Below are positions 1 to 64,000 of a stretch of 64,000 nt of DNA, one piece after another. The notes beneath the pieces were generated by a model. That model did no database searches. It saw only the letters and a program-made list of their open reading frames with translations, and was not told the DNA's origin. Source of the stretch: Lama guanicoe (taxonomy: Eukaryota); contig MU053557.1 in assembly GCA_013239625.1 (NCBI GenBank), positions 2,138,123 through 2,202,122 on the forward strand. Direction: 5' to 3'. The translations under genes were made by a program, and so were the position numbers. Every line of letters begins with the position of its first letter. The first letter of the stretch is position 1.

Positions 1-616
1 ATTATTGCTAAACTATAACATGCTTATAAAGTACATGCCCAATATTAAATTTCTTGGGCAAGATATACGTATATTGTGATTATACAGGAGAATGTCCTAG
101 TTCTTAAGGGTTACATGCTAAACTATTTAAAGGGGAATTGTCATGGTATCTGCAACCTACTGTCAAATGGTTCAAAAAATTTTTAAAGTATATTCTAAAT
201 GGAAGGTGGTATCCTGGATAGGGTCCTGTAACAGCAAAAACTGGTGAAATCCTAATGAAGCCTTTAGTTAATAGTAGCATATCAGTATTAATTACTTAGT
301 TTTGACAACTGAACCAAGGTATATATAAAATGTTAACATTAGGAGAAACTGAGTGAAGGGTGTACAGGAACTCTCCATACAATTGATGTAACTTTTCTAT
401 AAAGCTAAAACTATACCAAAATTAAAAGCTCATTTTTAAAAATATTAAAAGAGAGAAAAAGCAAATGGGGCAAAATGTTACCAATTGGTAAATCTCGGCG
501 ACAGGTTTATGGATTTTTACTGGCCCATTATTTTAACTTTTCTGTAGGTTTAAAATTCGTCAAAATAAAGCGTGAAAATAAAATAAAACTATAGAAGGTT
601 AAAAGTAAAAGGACAG

Positions 617-794
617 GGGGCAGGGTATAGCTCAAGTGGTAGAGCGCATGCTTAGCATGCACAAGGTCCTGGGTTCAATCCCCAGTACCTCCTCCAAAAA
701 TAAATTAACCTAATTACCTCCCCCTCTGCCAAAATAAAATAATTAAATAATACAATAATAAATAAAATAAAATAAAAAATAAAATATTTTTTTA
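617..794 (+). mobile_element. tRNA-Ala-derived SINE (camelid Vic-1-like)
   Basis: tRNA-like head with A and B boxes, then acctaattacctcccc and an A-rich tail. TSD aaaagtaaaagga(c/t)ag at 601-616 and 795-810. Confidence 0.85.
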
Positions 795-3323
795 AAAAGT
801 AAAAGGATAGAAAATGACAGTCTCTATGAACACTAACCAAAAGAAAACTAATGTTATTATACTAATGTTAGACAAAGTAGCCTTTAGGCAAAAAAAATTT
901 CTAAAAATAAAGGAACACTTGCTAATTAATTAGAACAGTTCAATTTACAAGAAAGATACCAGAATCTAAATTTATATATATCTAGTAACATAGCATCAAA
1001 ATATATAAAACAAATCCTGATCTAGGAGGAGAAACAGGTAAATGCAAGGTCATGAGAGATTTTAGTACACCTCTCTAAAACAAAGAGTACACCAAGAAAA
1101 CAAAACAATAGGATACAGATTTGAACAATTCAATCTTCGACTATGACCCAGCGCACGTATATAGAACTCTACACCTCCAAAATAAACATTCTTTTCAAGC
1201 TCACATGGAACATGTATGAAGAATGTTCATACACTTGGCCATACGCTTGTCTTTATAGGAGGAGACATAAGGCAGGCTTCTGAGGTGCTGGGATGGTGCT
1301 ATTTCTTGACGGGGTGGTGATCACACAGGTTTTTGCTTTGTTGATAAATGCTGTTTTGTTGTTCATTGTTTGTGTGTATTTCATATATTTTGTTGTGTAT
1401 GTTATGTATTTCTTATTGTTTTTCACTTTTTGTCTATGTGTATGTATTTTACAACTTTGTTTATGTATGTATATTTTACAACTTAAAAAGAGTTGAGATT
1501 CTTTAGGAAGGTACCAACCTCCTATAATACAACAAGCCCAAGACAGCTTGTTTTTCCTTCAGCATTTTAACTAACTGCTGTTTTTCCAGTTGTGCACCAG
1601 ATGAGATAATGGGCTTATGCTCAGAGGCATCCTTATACGAAATCTGTATCTTTAAACACAAAAAATATATTCAGCCCAGCAAGACATTTATTCTAAGAGA
1701 GACGCACAGGAACTGAGACTGAGGGAACAGAGAATCCATGAATTCCGACTTACACTTAATCCAAGAAAGCAGAGGTTCATAGGCTCATCATTTAATAAAA
1801 TAGATACTCACAATATTAAAATTATTTTCCTGTCTCCTTTTTTTTTCTTTTTTGCCAAACACATTTCATTTAATTTGCCTAAGTTAAACATAGTAGGCTT
1901 TGTTCAGGTAACAGGAAGGATTCCTTTGATTTAGAGAATAACTAAGGCTATGCAGACTGAGGGAGCAGAAAAGGAATCTAAAGGAGGGCAAACAATGAAA
2001 CTGTTGCCCCAAAGGAACCAAACAAATATGACATGATTCTGGCCTAGAGCAATCTTAAGCCAACCTACCCTGGTGTATTAGCGAGGGGAGGAGTCTTCAG
2101 CAACATTTACTGAAGGTTCATCGTTATTATCATCACCATCAGGAACATTTAGTGAGGGTTTCCCACTTGCCAGGCACTATACTGTAAGTAAGATTTTCCT
2201 AGATTGTTTCATCTCAACATGTCAAAATAAGCCTAGGGAAATAGGTACATTATTAGTTCCATCTTATAGATAAAGAAGCAGGCTGAGTAACGGGCCAAAA
2301 CCACCCAAGTAGCAAATAGAAGAAATGGAAATCTAACTAAGCTAGTCTGACTTCAGAGCCTGGAATCTTACCCACTCTGATACAATGCCTGCTCCTAGCA
2401 GATAAAGAGTGATTTGTACTTGATGATCTCTAAGGGATCTTTCAGTACTAACGTTCTATGATTTGCTTTAATGAATCTATGATAAAGAGTTCAACTAGGC
2501 CCAGCAGTCGCAAATTGTATAAAGCAAAAAAAAAAAAGAAGCTCAGTAAAATCTTTTTACATGAACTGAAATTTAGAATTCAGGTTCCTTAGGACTATCA
2601 GAATTGGTCTGTCCTCATATTAAACCCTAAAAGAAATGGAAATGTTTTTTGTCTTGTCAATCAATACCTAGTATCTTTTCCTCATATGAAAACAAATAGT
2701 ACAGATAATACCAAAAGACATTCTAGAAAGAATAAAAGAATAAGTATGAAATACTGTTTGTGTGATCTTTAAACACAACTGGACTCAAGACAAATGTGAT
2801 AAATGCAGATTTCTGGGGGGAAAAAATCCTCTCTTTTAGAACAACTAAATTTAGTGTAGATTGAATAAGCTATAAATAACTACTGATTATCCCTTTAAAA
2901 AATACTATTGGTTGTTAAATACATTAAAGCCTAAAAAATTCTTATAAATATAAGAACTTTTGTCCTTTATACAAAATACTTAGTGATCATACAGTCAAGT
3001 CAAAATATTCTCATTTGTTCTTCTAAAATCGTAAGAGTTCTCTTCTTTAAAAATCAAAACTAGCTGTCTAATTTACTCTTTTCTTTTTAAAGAAGAAAAA
3101 CAGCTAACTACATAATGGATATAATATAAAAAGGTGTTAGATACTCCTTAGCCTTCATAAACAGTATGAAGTATACCTCATACAAAAAGCATATTGACAC
3201 TTCTGTGTTCACCTAAAATACTATAAGCTTCTGGAAAATGGCAATAATTTGTTTTAAAAAAAAAAAAAGCAAAGTATGGTACAAACTATTCCTTTCTGAG
3301 GCCTCAAGAAGGGAAGAAAAAAT

Positions 3324-3329
3324 TTTATT
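3324..3329 (-). terminator. Candidate proximal polyadenylation signal AATAAA of LARS1
   Basis: TTTATT on the plus strand about 175 nt past the stop codon, followed on the minus strand by U-rich sequence. Another AATAAA lies at 1687-1692. Confidence 0.5.
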
Positions 3330-3503
3330 AGGTCCAGGAACCCAAGATAACTTGGTATAATTGATTACATGCAGAATTTGATGGTTGGAAATGAAATCTA
3401 TTTAGGTCCACCCTAAGGTTCTCATAGCCAATCTATAGGCACACAGTAATGCCGGAGTAGTAATATCCCCAGAAACCAGGATAAAGCTCCAGCGTGTATG
3501 AGT

Positions 3504-58817
<55,314 letters not shown>

Positions 58818-58954
58818 GGCGCCGCCCAGCCGACTGTGCAAACCCACGACAGTGACCTCGGTGATTCCCCCTCAAAGGAGTGGTTACAACCCTTCCCCTC
58901 CCTCTCGAGGCAGCCAGGCCTACCACGACACTATAGCACACACTTCACACCTGA

Positions 58955-58963
58955 TGAGGCAAT
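58955..58963 (+). promoter_or_regulatory. C/EBP-ATF (amino-acid response) element-like TGAGGCAAT
   Basis: One mismatch to TGATGCAAT, near the start site of an aminoacyl-tRNA synthetase gene (a class known to be ATF4-induced). Confidence 0.45.
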
Positions 58964-59497
58964 CACCGGCTGACTAATTACCTCCGGGGGCACCTCTTAG
59001 CTTGCCGGGAATTGTAGTTCCCAGGCCTGTAGAGCCCACGTCCGGCAGGCATCTATTGACTACAATTCCCAGAGAACAACAGGTTATCGGAAGTCTACCT
59101 GATAAGCCACTCAGAGGGAACACCGGTAGTGGCGTCACGGGCATGTTGAACTACAAAGCCCATGATGTAGTTCGGTGTAGCCGAAGGCCGCGAGCGCGCC
59201 GTGAGTGACGTGGAGTTCCCTAGCTTTCAACCTTTTCACCCTATGGCGTTGGGTTAGGTGTCTTGTCTAAATGCCAGGATGCAAGGTGTATTAGTCTTAA
59301 GTGACTGAGATGTTAATTATGGCTTGCCACTGCGCACAGGTATTTATGACTGTCAGTGGCATTCAAAAGTTCAGAATTTAGGCATTTTATAGCCATTTAT
59401 TAACAATCTCCATTTTTTTTACAAAAGAGGCTGGAAACCTTGTACCTGGTCCCAGTGCCCGTCTCAGACTTTTTCATCCCTCTTACCATCCAAGGCT

Positions 59498-59712
59498 GAG
59501 CTGTCTGAAGTGTAAGTCACTAGTTACATGTGGTTATTTAAATTTAAATTAATTAAAATTAAGTAAAATTTAAAATCGAGTTCTTCAGTCGCGGTAGTCA
59601 CTCTTCATGTGCTGGAAGGTCCCTGTGGCTAGTTGTTACCATATCTGGACGCTGAGGACATAGAACATTACCACCATCGAAGGAAGATATATTGAAAAGC
59701 GTTGATCCAAGG
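59498..59712. mobile_element. MER3/MER33-like hAT-Charlie element
   Basis: gtcactagttacatgtggttatttaaatttaaattaattaaaatt...catagaacattaccaccatcgaaggaag. Confidence 0.55.
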
Positions 59713-60027
59713 CTTTTTATTTTATAGTGGTCAGATTAGTTAGTCTCACGTGCATGCCTTTATTAATTCAGCAAACATTCGTTAAGCATTTGCAAAACAC
59801 TTGGGAGCAGCGAGTGGGGCGGGGAGTGCGCCCTGCCCAAAGTGTGTCTTCTTAAAGGGGAAAAAAAGGTAATAAAATTTTTAAGAAAAATAAATTTTAA
59901 ATTATATATGTGTAATATACATTATACTTATATTTTCCAACAACTAGTTCAAATACAAATTTAATGATAGCTTAAAACAATGCCTGGCATATGGTATGGG
60001 CTCAGTTGCTGGATAAAAGGAAGTTAA

Positions 60028-60440
60028 AATTGTAGAATAGATAAACAAGATTACAGTGTATATATAGCACAGGGAAATATACACAAAATGTTATGATAAA
60101 TTACAGAGAAAAAAATGTGACAATGAGTGTGTATATGTCCATGAATGACTGAAATATTGTGCTGAACACTGGAATTTGACACAACATTGTAAAATGATTA
60201 TAAATCAATAAAAAATGTTAAAAAAAAAAGGAAGTTAAGAAGGATGTTAGCCACTATATATAAAAATAGATTTTTAAAAAACTTTCTTTTGTACAGCAAA
60301 CTACATTCAGTATCTCGTAGTAACCTTTAATGGAGAAAAATATGAAAACAAATATATGTATGTATATGCATGACTGGGACATTGTGCTGTACACCAAAAA
60401 TTGATCATTGTAATTGACTGTACTTCAATAAAAAATTTTT
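60028..60440 (+). mobile_element. Two adjacent 5'-truncated L1 3' ends
   Basis: First copy flanked by TSD aaaaggaagttaa. Each copy ends in a version of the tgtgctg(t)acacc...ttgtaa..gactatac-type motif plus an A tail. Confidence 0.7.
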
Positions 60441-62782
60441 AGAAGAAGGAACTTTAGGTTATAGAGAACCTACCAGCAGCTCTCCTGCTTCTGGGCACTC
60501 ACACATACAAATATTCTCCATCACTTTCCACACCCTCCTCCTTTAGCTATCAACCATTTAGACATCACTTCCTAACAGACCAAGTCTTTGTTAAATGTCT
60601 TTTCCTAGATGTTCCCTGAAGCACCCCCTTCCTGCTCTCCCTTGGGAAATCTATGTCACTGAACTTTAATTGCCTGTTGATTTATCACTGGACAGTAAGC
60701 TCCATGACATCAGAGGCTACCTAGCACAGTGTCTGATACACAGTAAGTACCTTATAAATACTTACTGAATGAATGAAAGAATTCTCATCCTCCACAGCTC
60801 TTATAACTATGGTTATACTTTCCTGTTCCAGTTCTGCCCTACCCAGTACTATTTGTCATCTTCGATTCACAGCTTCCAATCCACACTGGTAATTGAACAA
60901 CAAACAGTTATTAAGCACCTCCTATGAACCTAACATAGAGCTAGGATATAGCAGGGAACAAGACAGACATGGCCCCTGCCCTCATGGAGCCTACAGTCTA
61001 AAGGGCATGAGCCATCAAAGAAGAAAATAAACAAGTCATTGTGTGATGACAAATAATAAAAATTATGAAAAACCTACCTGCATGCCTCCAACTTCACCTT
61101 TTTTAATTTTCCTATTTAAATGACAAATATTCTTTTTTTCAAGGGTGATTTGGTTTTCATGCATTCAACAAAATTTGTTTAGCCACTACTTTGTACAAGG
61201 CCCTAGCCTAGATGTTGGAAACACAACACTTGAACAAGACAAGGCACAGTCACCTCCTTCTATTGGAAAAGGCAAACACTGAAGCAGTGAGAGGCTATGG
61301 GAGGTCATGGAAGTGTTTTCTGTGAGGAAGGGACATGGTCCCATGTGTGTTTTATAAAGAACACTCCTGAAGAAAGATTGGGAGGGAGCAAAAGTGGAAG
61401 CAGACTATGGTGGTGGCAGTCAAGGTGGAGAAAGGTAAAAAGAGTCAAGAGATATTGAGAAAATGAAAGCTATTATGGCTTAATAATATGGCTTTATAAT
61501 TGGAAATTGTCGATTCTTCACCATGCCATGTGGAATATCCTCTCTAGATAAATGAAGTTAGAAAGGTAGCATACTGGATAAGAGCTCAGGCTCTGAATCA
61601 GGCTGAGTTCATCATTTACTAGCTGGGTGACCTCGGGCAATTCAATTAACCATGCTGTAAAATAAAGGTAATAATAGTAAGTGCCTCATAGGATTGCTAT
61701 GAAGATTAAAAAAATAATATACATATGGGTATAAAGCCTACATATATATAATATATATATATATATATGCCTGGCATATAATAAGTGCTTTAAAATGTCA
61801 GCTGTTTTTATTATTATTTTAGGAAAATTGGTCTATAAACATTAATCTGATTAAAAAAGAAAAAGCTTACCTGTACCTCATAATAATCTCTTTCCTTGCC
61901 TAACTGAGCTAATTATCATCGTATAATTGTGTGGTATACCGTCGTCAACTCTCAGACCATACTGCACTCATTCTAAAAACTGCACAACAAAACTCACTTC
62001 CACCTTGTTTTTTGGTTTTTTGTTTTTTTTTTTCCCCAAACTCACCCCACTGGTCACTCTACTCAATTCAATTGAATCAGCATTTCTAAATTTAGATCCA
62101 TAAGGCTATCATTAGCTTTGGCTTGTCTGGAGTCCCTTTTTATTTGTTTTTCACGCCTATTTACCTACCATCCCTCCCTTTATATGACACAGTCCAAGGA
62201 AGGAATCATGGGCGTTTATTTTCATACTTCTGTTCCACAGACACGTGGCACTCAATAAATATGATTATCACTCCTCTAACCTATTAGCCACCTTTTGTTT
62301 TTAAATGTTTTTTTTGTTCCTACATTAGTATTCCACCTTTAGTTTTATGCTTCCTGAATGGCAAACAGATTTCTTTTTTTAATGATAGAGGCATTGAGTA
62401 CAAAGAGAAAAAGAAAAGACCCTTCTAGGACTTATGGACTTGAGCCATTCCTGGGGTTGCTCTGTGTGCAACCTCCAACAGCTAATGGGCAGCAGAGGAA
62501 GAGTGTGTGCGCTGGATGTGCTCACCAGCTTTGGAGTAAGATGCCTGAGTCTGACTTGCAGCTCTGTTCTCATGCTAGCCCTGTTCCTTCAACCTGGGGA
62601 CTCTGGTTCCTCACATGTAAAATGCGGATACTGATAACGCCTACCTCCTAGGCTTGCTGTGAGAATAAAATGAACTTTACCAAGCAAGGTGATTAGCCCA
62701 ACGTGTGGTTCAAACGCTCAAGAAATATTAAGTTAGGGAGAAAGAAAGAGAAGTGGTGAATACTGGAAGCCAGCCTGATCAG

Positions 62783-63120
62783 TGTTATGGTCTGAATGTT
62801 TGTGTCCCCACAAAATTCATTTGTTAAAATCCCAATGCCCACTGCAATGGCTTAAGATTTGTGAGGTACTTAGTCAGGAGGATGAAGCCCTTTTGAATGG
62901 GATTAATGCTCTTATACAGGAGAACCCACAAGCTCCCCACCCCCTTCCACCTCATGAAGAGACAAAGGGAGGTGTTGGACCTGAAACAGGGCTCTCACCC
63001 AGCCATGTTGGCACCCTGATCTCAGACTTTCAGCCTCCAGAACTGTGAGACATAAATTTCAGCTGATTGTAAGCACCCAGTCTGTGCTATTTTGTTACAG
63101 CAGTCTGAACGGACTAAGGT
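62783..63120 (+). mobile_element. MLT1A/B-type MaLR solo LTR
   Basis: tgttatggtctgaatgtttgtgtcccc...ggcaccctgatctcagactttcagcctccagaactgtgagacataaatttc...ttgttacagcagtctgaacggactaag. Confidence 0.8.
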
Positions 63121-63616
63121 CATCATTTAATTCATGGGAATTCTAAATCTGACTGACTTCAGCTAGGAACAAGTAGCCCTATTAATTAGGGAGACTTTTA
63201 TATTTAGACAAATATAACCAATTTAGAGAAGTTGCACTTCTCAGGTACCAAAATTTCAAGAAACCCCTGTTGCCTAGATTTCGCTTACAGTGGTGATACT
63301 TGTAATTCTCCAGAATTAGAAATCATTCACTCACACCATGCCAGTCCAGACTCAGGATCCACATGCTTCAGCCTGCTCTTGCCACCATTCCACAGAGCAC
63401 TGCCAGCCCTGTCATGGGTCATATGTGAAATGTGACACCTGAGTCATAAAAATGCTGCTTGTGGTTCCTAAATAGCCTACCTCTCCAAATTGCTACCACC
63501 ATTTCCACCACCATTGTGGAGCAGTCTGGGGCTTCTTAAGAAATGGAAGGAAGGAAGGAGAGAACAGGCAGATGGAAAAGAAGAAAGGAAGGGGTAAAAA
63601 CAAAGCAACAGGTGGT

Positions 63617-63756
63617 GGGGGGAGGATATAGCTCAGTGGCAGAGTGCATGCTTAGCAAGCATGAGGTCCTGGGTTCAATCCCCAGAACCTCTATTTGAGT
63701 AAACAAATAAATAAAAATTTAATTACCCCTCAAAAATTAAAAAAGAAAGTAAAAAA
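63617..63756 (+). mobile_element. tRNA-derived SINE (Vic-1-like)
   Basis: ggggggaggatatagctcagtggcagagtgcatgcttagc...; degenerate TSD aaag(c/a)aa(c/t)aggt. Confidence 0.8.
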
Positions 63757-64000
63757 AAAGAAATAGGTAAAGAAAATCAATTTTCTATTATTGATTCCAA
63801 TTTCAGTGACTATATTTTTTAATTTATTTTGTGAATTTACAACATTTAAGATTCCTATTTTTACAATATCAATGAAACCATGATCTAAACTATATAAACT
63901 GGGGGTATAATTGTGGTATTACTTTTATTTTTTCCTATTAATTGGTCAGGCTGCCATTAACTTACTAGGCAGAAGCCAGTACCTTCCTCTAGATGCTCTT

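Noticed and set aside
617..696. tRNA-Ala(AGC) gene (also the six similar copies)
   Set aside because: Each has target-site duplications and an A-rich tail, most have a shared non-tRNA 3' block, and the stems are mismatched. They are SINEs, not tRNA genes.
1293..1496. Hydrophobic 67-aa ORF (membrane peptide)
   Set aside because: Derived from TG/T-rich low-complexity, partly duplicated sequence at an old L1 3' end.

Overview
AT-rich mammalian genomic DNA, most likely from a camelid (it carries seven copies of a tRNA-Ala-derived SINE resembling camelid Vic-1, plus cetartiodactyl-type L1 3' ends). The window holds one complete gene on the minus strand: cytosolic leucyl-tRNA synthetase LARS1. I reconstructed 32 coding exons by eye from the ATG at 58817 to the TAA at 3504. 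All introns are GT-AG, and the exons sum to 3531 nt (1176 aa) with no frameshift. The HLGH (HIGH-type), CP1 editing and KMSKS motifs are intact. The GC/CpG-rich promoter at about 58.75-59.25 kb has three ZNF143/THAP11-type ACTACA-N3-CCC motifs and a C/EBP-ATF-like element. The rest is intronic or intergenic repeat: L1, MIR, L2, MER20, MER5A, MER3/33, Tigger2-like, MLT1 and SINEs. The most interesting non-obvious items are: (1) a SNORD112-like C/D-box snoRNA copy antisense in intron 29, fused to an old L1 3' end; (2) two polyA-tailed, TSD-flanked GC-rich retro-insertions of unknown source RNA, one part of a triple-nested insertion; (3) an L1 inserted immediately behind the exon 26 donor; (4) a NAGNAG acceptor; and (5) exon-shaped segments not explained by the canonical transcript. 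I found no convincing evidence of a wholly new biological system. Repeat family names come from recall of consensus sequences and were not searched.
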